Below, one piece after another: positions 28,468 to 39,786 of a stretch of 64,000 nucleotides of DNA. The stretch covers positions 6,661 through 70,660 of the forward strand of contig CACBPP010000004.1 in assembly GCA_902541175.1 (NCBI GenBank). The letters run 5' to 3'. The notes under the pieces are model-generated. The model worked only from the letters and a program-made list of their open reading frames with translations, was not told where the DNA came from and did not search any database. Every line of letters begins with the position of its first letter. Position 1 is the stretch's first letter. Made by a program: the position numbers and the translations under genes. The stretch comes from an uncultured SAR86 cluster bacterium (lineage in GTDB: Bacteria; Pseudomonadota; Gammaproteobacteria; Magnimaribacterales; D2472).

Positions 28468-30237
28468 ATGGGAATAGGATCCCGATTATTTTTAATTATC
28501 TTTATATCCCTAGGATTAGGTATTTTTGTTTCATACATTATTGCTGAAAGAGATATCACCGATACCTTTCAAAAGCACATTATTAATGAGTTACAAAATC
28601 AAGCCTCTCTTCTTGTAGAAGTTGTTGATGAAGTTGATACTATTGGAGATCTTAATGAAGCTGACTCTTTAGCTGACAGACTGGGTAGTGCTTCAAATTC
28701 TAGAATAACACTTATATTGTCTGATGGTAGAGTAATTGGTGACTCAGATGTTGATACTCAGAATATTAATGACATGGATAATCATATTAATAGACCTGAG
28801 GTTCAAGACGCTTTTTTAAAAGGAAGAGGCTGGTCTATTCGTTATAGCGATACCGTAAAACAACAGCAGATGTATTACGCTATTCTGGATAATAATGACG
28901 TGAGTCCAAATGTTATTAGAATAGCAGTTCCCTATGTAAATGTTGATTCTGCAATAGGAAGTTTAAATCTTTCTATAATTTTAATTGCTTTGGTTGCTTT
29001 TATTGTTACATCAATAGCATCTGGTATAGCTGCGAACTATGCCTACAGAAGTATTGCAGATCTAGCTTATGCAACTTCAAAAATTGCAGATGCAGATGGA
29101 AAGGCAAGAAAGAAAGACTTAAAAGCACTTCCTACTGAGAGGACTGATGAATTCGGTAATGTTGCCCAAAGTGTTTCACAAATCTCAGAGGAGCTTAAAT
29201 CAAAAATCAATTTAATTGCTAAACAAAGAGATCAGTTTGGTTCAGTCTTAGATGATTTAGGAGAGGGTATTATAGTTGCTGATATAGATGGCAAAATCAC
29301 ATATGAAAATGAACAAGTGTCATTGATCTTAAATAAAAATGAATTAGTTGGAAAAAAAATTACTGACCTTAATATCAAATCACTTAATTATTTATTAAAA
29401 AGGGCAAAAAAGAAAAAAAGAGCCGATATTGAATTTGAAATTGAGTTAAACGATAGAAGTACAAGATGGGTTCTTGCAACAATAAATCAATCTAAAACTA
29501 CAAAAGAATTTATTTTGGTTGTTCATGACATTACTCAACTAAGAAGATTTAGCTCTATGAGAAGAGATTTTATATCAAATGTTTCTCATGAATTAAGAAC
29601 ACCAGTAAGTGTTATCATGGCAAACTCTGAAACTCTTGTCGATGGTGCGCTTGATGACAAAAAACAGTCAAAAGTTTTTGCAAAGGCTATTTTACATAAC
29701 GCTGAAAGACTTAGCGATATGGTATCTTCTTTACTTGATTTATCAAGAATCGATTATGGAGAGCTAAAACTAAACATTGAAGAACTCCCAATAAATGAAC
29801 ATATTAATAAAGCCATTGATTCTCTAAAAAATCTTGGCAAAAGAAAAAATATATCTATTACGTGCTCTTGCTCTAAAGGAAAAATAGTTTTAGCAGATAA
29901 AAATGCTCTTGAAAGAATTCTAAATAACCTAATTGAAAATGCTTTTAAGTATTCTGATTCTCAATCGACAATCAATATCTCTACAAAAAAAGTAAAAGAC
30001 CATTTGGAAATTAGTGTAAAAGACAGTGGAAGAGGCATTCCTGATGAAGAGCAAGACTTTTTATTTGATAGGTTTTACAGAACGGCTGAAGCTAGAGCAA
30101 CTGAGGAAAAAGGAAGTGGTCTAGGTCTTGCTATTGTAAAAAATCTTGTAAATAATTTAAATGGTGAGGTTGGGGTAAAAAATGCAAAACCTCAGGGATC
30201 AATCTTTTGGTTTACTTTACCTTTAAAGATTTCATAA
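28468..30237 (+). CDS. phoR: Sensor histidine kinase, PhoR type (periplasmic domain, HAMP, PAS, HisKA, HATPase)
   Basis: Two TMs, DNHINRPEV periplasmic motif, MRRDFISNVSHELRTP, NLIENAFKY, FDRFYR, GSGLGL. Confidence 0.85.
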   Translation: MGIGSRLFLIIFISLGLGIFVSYIIAERDITDTFQKHIINELQNQASLLVEVVDEVDTIGDLNEADSLADRLGSASNSRITLILSDGRVIGDSDVDTQNINDMDNHINRPEVQDAFLKGRGWSIRYSDTVKQQQMYYAILDNNDVSPNVIRIAVPYVNVDSAIGSLNLSIILIALVAFIVTSIASGIAANYAYRSIADLAYATSKIADADGKARKKDLKALPTERTDEFGNVAQSVSQISEELKSKINLIAKQRDQFGSVLDDLGEGIIVADIDGKITYENEQVSLILNKNELVGKKITDLNIKSLNYLLKRAKKKKRADIEFEIELNDRSTRWVLATINQSKTTKEFILVVHDITQLRRFSSMRRDFISNVSHELRTPVSVIMANSETLVDGALDDKKQSKVFAKAILHNAERLSDMVSSLLDLSRIDYGELKLNIEELPINEHINKAIDSLKNLGKRKNISITCSCSKGKIVLADKNALERILNNLIENAFKYSDSQSTINISTKKVKDHLEISVKDSGRGIPDEEQDFLFDRFYRTAEARATEEKGSGLGLAIVKNLVNNLNGEVGVKNAKPQGSIFWFTLPLKIS

Positions 30238-30239
30238 AT

Positions 30240-30272
30240 CTGTAACAAATCTGAAATACTTAGTAACAAAAT
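30240..30272 (+). promoter_or_regulatory. Pho box
   Basis: CTGTAAC-AAAT-CTGAAAT (consensus CTGTCAT-AWAW-CTGTMAY) plus a third half-site TAGTAAC, upstream of the lipoprotein-TBDR-T2SS genes. Confidence 0.7.
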
Positions 30273-30356
30273 TGTTTTTTTAATTTTCGTTAAGTTCAAT
30301 CTTTAGTAACTCAACTAGATTTAAATATCATTATGTAATCTCTGGAGGTGCTTATT

Positions 30357-33320
30357 ATGATTTTTAACTCTATCAAAAAAACAACTTTAATATTATCAAC
30401 ATTTATACTCGTAGCATGTGGCGGGGGTGGCGATACAAGTATTGTATCACCTGGTGAATTAGGATCTTTAGATGATCCTACTGGTGGCGGTGGTTCAGGC
30501 GGCGCTGGCAGTAATATTCGTTCTGGAGTGTGTCCAGAATCTCCGTTTATAACAAATGGATCCCCAGTTGCAGGAAACACAGTTTGTGCAATTCAAGGAC
30601 CTATTACGAGTGACCTTACTCTAACAGCTGACGTTATGTATAGAATGCTTGGAAAGGTTGATGTTGGTGTCGACATGGGTGGTGATGGAACAAAATCAGG
30701 TGGTGTTTCAGCTATATTAACAATACCTGCTGATGCTGTGATCTTAGGAAAAGTTTCTCAGGATTATCTTGTTGTTAACAGGGGTTCAAAAATCATAGCT
30801 AATGGTACACAATCAAAACCAATTAGATTTACACACAATACTGCAATTGAAGGCACAGTTGGAGAATTAGAGAGAGGTCTATGGGGTGGCTTGGTTATTC
30901 TAGGTCAAGCACCAATCAATAAGTGTTCAAACGATGTAAGAGGTACTGCAGAGTGTGAAAGAGTTGTTGAGGGTTCAAACGCACTAATGGGCGGCGCTAA
31001 CAAAAATGATAATTCAGGTAAATTAAATTTTGTGAGAGTTGAATACGCAGGATATGAGATTTTTCCAGGCAATGAATTAAATGGCATAACTTTTGGTGGT
31101 GTTGGTGATGCTACAGAAGTCGATTTTGTTCAAGTTCATAACAACCAAGATGATTGTGTTGAGTTTTTTGGTGGCACTGTCAATGTTAAGCATCTAATTT
31201 GCACAAATGCTGGTGATGACAATCTCGATATCGATTGGGGATATCAAGGAAAAATGCAATTTGTAGTTGTTAAACAATCTTCAGATGCAAGTGATCACGT
31301 AGTAGAGTCAGATAATACTAACTCAGATAGCTCAGTTGGCTATCTTACAGAACCAAGATCACGTCCTATGGTTTCAAATTTTACATTTTTAGCTCAAGGT
31401 GCTGATGAACCTCTAAAATATAAAGAGGGAGTTTCTGGTATTTACATTAATGGTATTGTAAAAAATAACGTATCTCAAAATCTTATTGAATCTACTAATA
31501 TTGAGACTATCCAAGATGGCGCCATAACACCAAAAATTCAGCATCACTCCGTCTTTATGGATGCTGCAGGTGATACATCTCCTTTTAAGGCTGATACCTC
31601 TTCTAGTGGAGTAACCGCAGAACAATTAGAGGCTTCAATTAAAGAAAGAGCAACAGATTTAGTAATTGGAACAAATACTCTTGTTTCAGGATTCTTTTTA
31701 GGTGATAACGAGAGTGCGGTCACTTCTGCTTTTGATGTAACAAAAGTTCAGGGTATGTGTGCAGTTGGACCTCATGCTGCAGGAACACCTACAGATTTAT
31801 GTCCAACTTATAGCTCAAAAGAGGAGAGATATATTGTTGATACTTGGTTTTCAGCTACTAACTATATTGGAGCATTTTCCCCTGGGTCTGATATAGAAAA
31901 CAACTGGGCTTCTGGTTGGACTTTAGGATTATTCACAGATCCTGAATGTCCAGCTGGAACGCTCGAATCAGAGGTGCTCCTAGGAAGGAAGGTATGTTCA
32001 TTATCTGGAGTTCTAACAACTGATTTAACTTTAGTTGCTGGAAACTATTATAAATTGGATGGCAAGGTTGCTGTAGGTATTGATATGGGATCAGATGGAA
32101 CAAAAACAGGTGGCGCTAGTGCTACATTAACAATTGAACCTGGTGTTACTGTTTTTGGAGAATCTGGAAACGATTATTTGGTTGTCACAAGAGGTTCTAA
32201 AATTAACGCAGTTGGAACTTCATCCGCACCAATTATTATGACTGGTAGACAGGATATTTTAGGTGAAGCAGATATTGTTAATACAAGAGGTTTATGGGGC
32301 GGATTAGTTTTGCTTGGAAAATCTCCTATCAATAAATGCTCATTCTCAACACCAGGTACTTCATCAACAGCTGGAACAAGAGTTAACCCTTGTGAAAAAG
32401 ACGTTGAAGGATCCGTTGGAGATACTATGGGTGGTGAAATTCCAACTGATAGTAGCGGAACTTTAAAATATGTAAGAGTACAATACGCAGGATATGAAGT
32501 TTTTCCTGGTAACGAACTTAATGGAATAACATTCGGTGGTGTTGGGAGTGGAACAGATGTTTCATATATACAAGTCCATAACAACGCTGATGATTGTGTT
32601 GAATTTTTTGGTGGAACTGTCGATGTTAAGTACCTCGTTTGTACAGGTGCTGATGATGATAACTTAGATATTGACTGGGGTTATCAAGGTAGACTTCAAT
32701 ATGTAATTGTCCAACAATCCAATGATAAAGGCGACCATATTGTAGAGTCAGATAATACAAACGCTGATAAGGCAGTTGGTTATTTGACTGAACCAAGATC
32801 TAATGCAGTTGTCTCAAACTTTACTTTCATTTCAAAAGGATTTGATGATGTTTTCAAGCTTAAGGAAGGTGTCTCAGGCCAATATTTAAATGGAGTTGCA
32901 ATAGTAAACAGTGCTGTAACAGGCCGAACCACAAATTGCATCGAAACAACATTCTTAGAAACAGTTCAAGCAGGAGCTGTTACGCCAACATTCTCAATGA
33001 ATTCAGTTGCAATGGATTGTCCTGGTTACATAAAAACAGATGCATCAGAGGGTGGAGCAACTATTGCACAGGTAGATGCGATCGTTAAAGCAGGATCAAA
33101 TAATCTTTATGGCGCTAATTCTGGAGGTGGTTCATACGTAAATACTCTTACTGGAGTCGTTAATGGAACCGCAGAGTCAGCGGCAACCGTAACCGCAATA
33201 CCAGATGCATATAACACTGACAGCTGGTTTACAACACCAACATATATAGGGGCCGTTAGCAGCGCTACTGATACTTGGTATAAGAACTGGACTTTGTCTG
33301 GAACTATAGAAGTTCAATAA
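30357..33320 (+). CDS. Large surface lipoprotein with a tandemly duplicated beta-helix-like module (ElpS-like)
   Basis: SD GGAGG, lipobox LVAC-GGGG. Two copies of RGSKI.A.GT...GLWGGLV.LG..PINKC...VRV.YAGYE.FPGNELNGITFGGVG...QVHNN.DDCVEFFGGTV...DDNLDIDWGYQG...ESDN. Confidence 0.8.
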   Translation: MIFNSIKKTTLILSTFILVACGGGGDTSIVSPGELGSLDDPTGGGGSGGAGSNIRSGVCPESPFITNGSPVAGNTVCAIQGPITSDLTLTADVMYRMLGKVDVGVDMGGDGTKSGGVSAILTIPADAVILGKVSQDYLVVNRGSKIIANGTQSKPIRFTHNTAIEGTVGELERGLWGGLVILGQAPINKCSNDVRGTAECERVVEGSNALMGGANKNDNSGKLNFVRVEYAGYEIFPGNELNGITFGGVGDATEVDFVQVHNNQDDCVEFFGGTVNVKHLICTNAGDDNLDIDWGYQGKMQFVVVKQSSDASDHVVESDNTNSDSSVGYLTEPRSRPMVSNFTFLAQGADEPLKYKEGVSGIYINGIVKNNVSQNLIESTNIETIQDGAITPKIQHHSVFMDAAGDTSPFKADTSSSGVTAEQLEASIKERATDLVIGTNTLVSGFFLGDNESAVTSAFDVTKVQGMCAVGPHAAGTPTDLCPTYSSKEERYIVDTWFSATNYIGAFSPGSDIENNWASGWTLGLFTDPECPAGTLESEVLLGRKVCSLSGVLTTDLTLVAGNYYKLDGKVAVGIDMGSDGTKTGGASATLTIEPGVTVFGESGNDYLVVTRGSKINAVGTSSAPIIMTGRQDILGEADIVNTRGLWGGLVLLGKSPINKCSFSTPGTSSTAGTRVNPCEKDVEGSVGDTMGGEIPTDSSGTLKYVRVQYAGYEVFPGNELNGITFGGVGSGTDVSYIQVHNNADDCVEFFGGTVDVKYLVCTGADDDNLDIDWGYQGRLQYVIVQQSNDKGDHIVESDNTNADKAVGYLTEPRSNAVVSNFTFISKGFDDVFKLKEGVSGQYLNGVAIVNSAVTGRTTNCIETTFLETVQAGAVTPTFSMNSVAMDCPGYIKTDASEGGATIAQVDAIVKAGSNNLYGANSGGGSYVNTLTGVVNGTAESAATVTAIPDAYNTDSWFTTPTYIGAVSSATDTWYKNWTLSGTIEVQ

Positions 33321-33357
33321 GGTTGTATTTAAAAACATATATTTAATGGAGAGATAA

Positions 33358-35988
33358 ATGAAATCAAAAAATACATTAAAGTTTCTTAAGTACAACATTA
33401 TTATTGGATTTTCACTATTTTCAATTTTTAGTGTTTCTCAAGAAATCGAAGAAGTGGTTGTAAGTGGTTCTTTTATTCCAGATGAAAAAAGAGATACTTC
33501 TGAAATTTCTGCGATTCTTGATTCATCTGAGATAGAAAGAACAGGAGATGATAATATTGCTATAGCTCTAACAAGATTAACTGGTTTAAGTCTTGTTAGA
33601 GGCAAATATGTTTATGTTAGAGGTCTAGGAGAGAGATATTCTGCTGCAACTTTAAATGGTTCAGGTCTTCCAAGCCCAGAACCGCTTAAAAGAGTAGTTC
33701 CCTTAGATTTGTTTCCAACCCAGCTTATTGAATCATCAATTGTTCAAAAGACCTACTCAGCAGATATGCCAGGTGAATTTGGTGGCGGTATCATAGAGAT
33801 TAATACCAAAGCTGTTCCCTCAGAAAGAATTTTAGATCTATCTTTTTCATCAGGATACAATTCTGAAACATCCCTATCAGACGGCCTTTTGTATGATGGT
33901 GGTGATGACGATGATCTTGGATATGATGATGGTACAAGAGATTTTCCGTCATTTGTTCAAAGAGCAATTAATGCTAATCAAAAGCTTGATAGGTCAAATT
34001 TCAAAACTTATCAACTTTCAAATGCAGGTCGAGAGTTTGTTAATTCAGAACTTTGGGTTATTCAAGCAGGTGATGTGCCATTGGATAACTCGGTAAGTTT
34101 CACCTATGGGGATGAACTAGATATAGGCATTGATGATATTCTTGATGATGAATCTGCAACTATCGGTGTTCTTCTTACAGCTGGCGTAAAAAGCTCTTGG
34201 GAAACTCAAGAAGGAATCAGACAAACTGGTGATATTCAAGCTCAAGGAGATGGGAGTTCAATAGTTATACGAGGCAATGATAAGACATTTAAGTCTACTT
34301 CAAATGATGTAACTTCATATCTTATGGCTGTTTCAGGTATTAAAACAGACTCTGCAGAACTTAAATATACTGGCATGTATATTCATAAAGGTACAAAAGA
34401 GGCTAGAACCCTTCAAGGATATGATACCTCTGATTCAGGAAATGTCAGAGAAGATTTCACTGAGTTTTTTGAAAGAGAGCTTATAAATCACCAACTTAAC
34501 TATAATTATCTTTTTCAAAATAATATGGAGCTTGACATAAGGCTTGCTGGTGGTGATGCTTCAAGATATGCACCATACGAAAGAGTAGTCTTCTATGAAG
34601 ATACTGATGATAGAGGCTTTTATCGTTACGATGTAAATACCGGCAGGAATCAAACACAATTTAGTTATGTAAATGATGATAATGAGAATTTTGGTATCGA
34701 TTTAACATTCCCACTACAACTTGGAGACCAGGAAGTAATTATAAAGACAGGGTTTGATCAATCAAATAACTATAGAGACGCACAGGTTAGAAGTTATAGA
34801 TTTTTAGCTGAGGGTGGACCAATACCAACCGATGGATTAGACAACAGAATTGATTATATATTTGAAGATAAAAATTTTGATCCATCAAGATTAATAGTAA
34901 TTGAAAATACTGCAGCTTCATCGCCAGCAGGTTATCAAGGCGATTTAGAAATTTCCTCTTTATATTTCAACCTAGATGCTTATTTAAATGAAAATTTTAG
35001 ATTGGCAGCAGGCTTAAGGTTCGAAGACGGCGAACAAATGGTAAACACCTATGATGTATTCCAAATTGTTGACAACAATATAGAGAAAGTTATTGATGAA
35101 GATTACACTTTACCTTCTTTCACATTAACTTATTTACCTGAATTTGATGAAAATCTTCAAATAAGATTTGGTCTTTCTCAAACTATTGCGAGACCAACAT
35201 TTAGGGAGCTATCCCCAACATTATTTATTGATGTTGATACTGATAGGGTTATATCAGGTTCTCTATACTTGGAAAATTCTGAAATAGACAATATTGATTT
35301 AAGAGTTGAATATTATTGGGGATTTAACCAGTTCTTAACAGCAGGCTTATTCTTTAAAGATATTTCAAAACCAATTGAAGAAGTTGTAAATGAATCTGGT
35401 GACTTAATTATTACTTCATATCAAAACGTACCTTCAGCTGAAGTTACTGGTTTTGAAATTGAGTATGAAAGAATTTATGAAGATCTATTACCTGATTCAA
35501 AATGGGGTAGCACTAAGGAATTTATTTTTAAAATGAATTTTACTGCTACTGATTCTGAGGTAATTTACAGTGATACGGATACGTATATAAATACACAAGG
35601 AAGAGAAGTTAATGCTGCCAGCTTGTTTGCAAATGGAAGAGATACAAGACTTCAAGGCCAATCTGAAGAAATTGCAAACCTTCAACTTGGATGGGACGAT
35701 TTACAAAATGGCACTCAAGGAACACTCATAGTTAATTATGTAAGTGACAGAGTTAGAGCGAGGGGTATTGACGTTCTTCCAGATATATATGAGGAACCGC
35801 CACTTCTAGTAGATTTTGTATATTCAAAAACAATTTCATATATGGGCAGTGACTCTGATCTTAAGATATCACTAGAATTAAGAAACATCCTTGATGAGGA
35901 GTATTATGCTGCAATGGCTGATACTGTTATATATGATCAATATAATCTTGGAACTTCATTATCTTTAGGCTTTAAATTAAGTTTTTAA
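33358..35988 (+). CDS. TonB-dependent receptor
   Basis: EEVVVSG, plug [41 protein letters not shown]-terminal Phe. Confidence 0.93.
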   Translation: MKSKNTLKFLKYNIIIGFSLFSIFSVSQEIEEVVVSGSFIPDEKRDTSEISAILDSSEIERTGDDNIAIALTRLTGLSLVRGKYVYVRGLGERYSAATLNGSGLPSPEPLKRVVPLDLFPTQLIESSIVQKTYSADMPGEFGGGIIEINTKAVPSERILDLSFSSGYNSETSLSDGLLYDGGDDDDLGYDDGTRDFPSFVQRAINANQKLDRSNFKTYQLSNAGREFVNSELWVIQAGDVPLDNSVSFTYGDELDIGIDDILDDESATIGVLLTAGVKSSWETQEGIRQTGDIQAQGDGSSIVIRGNDKTFKSTSNDVTSYLMAVSGIKTDSAELKYTGMYIHKGTKEARTLQGYDTSDSGNVREDFTEFFERELINHQLNYNYLFQNNMELDIRLAGGDASRYAPYERVVFYEDTDDRGFYRYDVNTGRNQTQFSYVNDDNENFGIDLTFPLQLGDQEVIIKTGFDQSNNYRDAQVRSYRFLAEGGPIPTDGLDNRIDYIFEDKNFDPSRLIVIENTAASSPAGYQGDLEISSLYFNLDAYLNENFRLAAGLRFEDGEQMVNTYDVFQIVDNNIEKVIDEDYTLPSFTLTYLPEFDENLQIRFGLSQTIARPTFRELSPTLFIDVDTDRVISGSLYLENSEIDNIDLRVEYYWGFNQFLTAGLFFKDISKPIEEVVNESGDLIITSYQNVPSAEVTGFEIEYERIYEDLLPDSKWGSTKEFIFKMNFTATDSEVIYSDTDTYINTQGREVNAASLFANGRDTRLQGQSEEIANLQLGWDDLQNGTQGTLIVNYVSDRVRARGIDVLPDIYEEPPLLVDFVYSKTISYMGSDSDLKISLELRNILDEEYYAAMADTVIYDQYNLGTSLSLGFKLSF

Positions 35989-36001
35989 TTTATATTTAAC
36001 T

Positions 36002-36030
36002 AAAATGAGCTACACTTAGTAGCTCATTTT
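36002..36030 (+). terminator. Terminator / stabilising hairpin between the TBDR and gspC
   Basis: AAAATGAGCTAC-ACTTA-GTAGCTCATTTT. Confidence 0.75.
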
Positions 36031-36034
36031 AATT

Positions 36035-36439
36035 ATGAATTTTATTAGATTTAAACAAGTGATAATTACAATTCTGGCTATTCCTGTGCTTTATTTTTTA
36101 TGCCTTTTATTTATTTCTTTTATTAATAAACCAGTAATTAAAAATATAAATGTCCCAGATATGACAGATTTTGAATTTAAAAGTAATCAAAATGACATCA
36201 GGGATAACAATAATCAAATTGAAAGCCCCTTAACTTTTGATTATAAATTAATTGGTTATAGAGCAGGATCAAACAATTCTTCAGTGATTTTAAAAAAAGG
36301 CAATAAAGAATTTGTTGTGGCTAAAGGTGAAAAACTTGAGGATGTCTATGAATTGATTGAGGTCACAAAAGATGAAGTAATATTTCGTAATGAGGAAAAA
36401 TTATATAAAATTGAGAACCTTGTCGGAAAAAACTTATGA
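36035..36439 (+). CDS. gspC: T2SS protein C (short, no PDZ domain)
   Basis: N-terminal TM followed by an HR domain (YKLIGYR...SSVIL...GEKL...LIEVTKDEVIF); first gene of the gsp cluster. Confidence 0.7.
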   Translation: MNFIRFKQVIITILAIPVLYFLCLLFISFINKPVIKNINVPDMTDFEFKSNQNDIRDNNNQIESPLTFDYKLIGYRAGSNNSSVILKKGNKEFVVAKGEKLEDVYELIEVTKDEVIFRNEEKLYKIENLVGKNL

Positions 36440-38283
36440 AAAAATTATACAAATATAAGCTTCTAGGATTATTTTTATTAGTATTCACCAATTTACAAGC
36501 TCAGGATTCCTTTATTTTGAACTACGAAGATGTTGATATTAAGAAAGTTACTCAAGATATTGCTCAGTTTTCAAAGAAAACAATAATTTTAGATCCAAGA
36601 GTAAAAGGTAAGGTTACAATTTATTCAAATGCTAATCTCAATAGAAGACAAGTCTGGGATGTATACCTTAGAACAATTCAAGTAAACGGATTTAGCGCGA
36701 TTTCTGAGGATGGATTTCTTAGAGTAGTCCCTGAAAACGAAGCAACTAGAGACGAAACTCAGGATTTTTCAGGAGGCGGATTTGAAACTGTTGTTATTCC
36801 GTTGATAAATAGATCTACAGAAGAGATTTTACCGATGATTAAACCAATTACGGGAAGACAATCTCATTTATCAAGTATACCGTCAGTAAATTCTATTCTT
36901 CTTGTTGACAGAGCAAGTAATGTTGAACGAATCAAAAATTTACTTAAAGATTTAGATAAAAATAATACGGCCAAGATATCTATTATAAAACTTGATAATC
37001 TATCATCAATAGAAGCTGTTAGGATCTTGGATAGATTAAAAACACAAAATAATCCAACTATAAATCAATTTGTTGCTATCCCTTTTACACCATCAAATTC
37101 TGTTATTTTATCTGCAAATGATTTAATAACTAATAATATTCTGTCCACACTTAATTCTTTAGATCGAGATGTTACTTCAGATGATTCAATGGATGTGATT
37201 TATTTGAAATATGCTCGAGCTGAGGATTTATCTGCAATACTAAATTCTATCTCAGGAAGTTTCATAACTGATGCTGAAGGTAAAAAAACAGTAATTACGC
37301 ATCACGAAAAAACTAATTCTCTTATAATTTCATCAGCTGAAGATAATTTAAATTCTATAAGAAATATCGTGTCAAAATTAGATATAAGAAGGGCACAAGT
37401 TTTAGTAGAGGCTATCGTTGTTGATTTATCAGAAAAAGCTGCAACCAGGCTCGGTGTTGAAGCAATATATTCTGGAAATGACAAAAACAGTATTCCAGTT
37501 GGTATAACAAGATTTTCAGGCACCGGTGCAGATCTTCTTGCTATAGCAGGAGCTGCTGATGATGAAACTGACGTTACATTAACAACGACTGCAGTGTCCT
37601 CTCTATTAAATACACAGGGATTAGTTGCAGGATTTGGTGATCTAACAAAAGGAGAAGATAATTTTGTTGGAATCTTGAATGCGATTGCGGATGATACAGA
37701 CTCAAATATATTATCTACTCCATCTATTCTCGCAATGGATAATGAACCAGCAAGATTATTTATTGGTCAGGAAATACCAATTACTACTGGGGAGAGTTTA
37801 GGAACAAATAACTCTAATCCATTTAGAACAACATCTAGGCAAGAAGTTGGAATTGAGCTAGAAATAACACCTCAAATTAATGAGGGAGCATCTGTAATAC
37901 TTAATATAAAACAAGGCGTTTCTGGTGTTGCTGGAGTTGCTCAAAGTGGTCTGGATTTGATTACAAATAAAAGAGAAATTGAAACAACTGTTCTCGTTGA
38001 TAATAATCAGATTATTGTATTAGGTGGATTAATTGACGAAGATATTCAAGAAGTTATATCTAAAGTACCTTTACTAGGTTCTATTCCAATACTAGGAAGA
38101 ATTTTTCAATCTTCATCTACTAGCACAAGTACAAAAAATTTGATGGTTTTCTTAAAGCCAACTATTCTTACAAATTCTGATGTTGCTAATGAAATTTCAT
38201 TAGAAAAATATAATTATTTCAAAGCAGAACAAGAATTAAAAAATAATAAATCTATTATTGACCTTACAAAATCTAAAGAGTAG
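36436..38283 (+). CDS. gspD: T2SS secretin
   Basis: IILDPRVKGKVTI, LDIRRAQVLVEAIVV, NILSTPSI, VPLLGSIPILGRIF, NLMVFLKPTI. Confidence 0.96.
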   Translation: MKKLYKYKLLGLFLLVFTNLQAQDSFILNYEDVDIKKVTQDIAQFSKKTIILDPRVKGKVTIYSNANLNRRQVWDVYLRTIQVNGFSAISEDGFLRVVPENEATRDETQDFSGGGFETVVIPLINRSTEEILPMIKPITGRQSHLSSIPSVNSILLVDRASNVERIKNLLKDLDKNNTAKISIIKLDNLSSIEAVRILDRLKTQNNPTINQFVAIPFTPSNSVILSANDLITNNILSTLNSLDRDVTSDDSMDVIYLKYARAEDLSAILNSISGSFITDAEGKKTVITHHEKTNSLIISSAEDNLNSIRNIVSKLDIRRAQVLVEAIVVDLSEKAATRLGVEAIYSGNDKNSIPVGITRFSGTGADLLAIAGAADDETDVTLTTTAVSSLLNTQGLVAGFGDLTKGEDNFVGILNAIADDTDSNILSTPSILAMDNEPARLFIGQEIPITTGESLGTNNSNPFRTTSRQEVGIELEITPQINEGASVILNIKQGVSGVAGVAQSGLDLITNKREIETTVLVDNNQIIVLGGLIDEDIQEVISKVPLLGSIPILGRIFQSSSTSTSTKNLMVFLKPTILTNSDVANEISLEKYNYFKAEQELKNNKSIIDLTKSKE

Positions 38284-38286
38284 GTA

Positions 38287-39786
38287 ATGAGCGATCCTGG
38301 TCAAGAAAATATAATAACAGACCTTTTTCCATACGACTTTGTTAAAGAGAATGAAGTTATTGCAGTTAAAAATGGAAAAGGCATCGTAGTATCATCACCC
38401 AAACAAATCTCTTTAAATCTATATAAAGAAATACAAAGATACTTAGATTCAAACTTTACATTTGAACTATGCAAACCTGATGAATTTAATGAAATTCTAA
38501 CTAGTTCATTTTCTGTGAGTGAACATCAAGATAATTTATCTGAAGAATTATCTGATGAGTTTGATCTTCAAGATTTCGCTGGCAGCATTAATGCAACTGA
38601 AGATCTATTAAGCGGAAATAATGATGCTCCAATTATTAAGTTAATCAATGGAGTAATAAGTCAAGCTATAAAGAGTAGAGCATCAGATATTCACTTTGAG
38701 CCATATGAAGATTTTATAATTATACGATTTCGAATTGATGGAATTTTAAAAGAAATATTAAGGCAAGATAGTAAAATTGCCTCTGTTCTTATTTCTAGGA
38801 TTAAAATTATTTCAGGTTTAGATATATCTGAGAGAAGGTTGCCTCAAGATGGAAGGGTTTCCTTGTCTCTTGGAGATAAAAGTGTTGATGTAAGGGTATC
38901 AACTCTCCCATCATCATATGGTGAAAGAATTGTATTAAGAATTTTAGATAAACAAGCTGCTCAAATAAATATAGATGATTTAGGATTACCAAAAAAAATT
39001 CTTTCTAACTATAAGAGTTCTTTAAAAAATCCAGAAGGAATAATACTTTTTACAGGACCTACAGGATCAGGTAAAACAACCACTTTATATGCAGGTTTAA
39101 GGTATTTAAGTGATTCATCTCAAAACATTCTTACTGTTGAAGATCCAATTGAATATACCCTTAATGGAATTGGTCAAACACAAGTTAATACCAAAACAGG
39201 ATATACATTTGCAAAAGGTTTAAGAGCAATTTTAAGACAGGATCCTGATGTAGTTATGGTTGGTGAAATGAGAGATATTGAAACTGCTCAAATTGGAATT
39301 CAATCAAGCCTTACAGGACATCTTGTATTGTCAACAGTTCATACCAATAGTGCTGTAGCAGCAATTACAAGACTAAGAGATATGGGAATTGAATCATTTT
39401 TACTAGCCTCTAGCTTAAGAACAATAATTTCACAAAGGTTAGTTAGACGATTGTGTTCGCATTGTAAATCTGAGAATAAACCAACTAAAGAATCAATTGA
39501 TATATTTGGATTGGATAAAACTAAATCAGTATATTCTGCAGAGGGTTGTGATCATTGCAATTTTACTGGCTATCAGGGAAGAATAGCTATAGCAGAATGC
39601 ATTCAAGTAGATAAAACTTTAAAAGATATGATTCATAACAATGACTCTGAAAATGAAATAGCAGATTATGTATTTAAAGATAATCAATCTATTGACCAAG
39701 CATCGATTGACTTGATTATTGATGGAGTAACATCTTGTGAGGAAATAATAAGAGTTAATAATATTAAAGAAGATGCCAGCTTATAG
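38287..39786 (+). CDS. gspE: T2SS ATPase
   Basis: ASDIHFEP, GPTGSGKTTTLY, LRQDPDVVMVGEMRD, TGHLVLST, two CxxC motifs. Confidence 0.96.
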   Translation: MSDPGQENIITDLFPYDFVKENEVIAVKNGKGIVVSSPKQISLNLYKEIQRYLDSNFTFELCKPDEFNEILTSSFSVSEHQDNLSEELSDEFDLQDFAGSINATEDLLSGNNDAPIIKLINGVISQAIKSRASDIHFEPYEDFIIIRFRIDGILKEILRQDSKIASVLISRIKIISGLDISERRLPQDGRVSLSLGDKSVDVRVSTLPSSYGERIVLRILDKQAAQINIDDLGLPKKILSNYKSSLKNPEGIILFTGPTGSGKTTTLYAGLRYLSDSSQNILTVEDPIEYTLNGIGQTQVNTKTGYTFAKGLRAILRQDPDVVMVGEMRDIETAQIGIQSSLTGHLVLSTVHTNSAVAAITRLRDMGIESFLLASSLRTIISQRLVRRLCSHCKSENKPTKESIDIFGLDKTKSVYSAEGCDHCNFTGYQGRIAIAECIQVDKTLKDMIHNNDSENEIADYVFKDNQSIDQASIDLIIDGVTSCEEIIRVNNIKEDASL

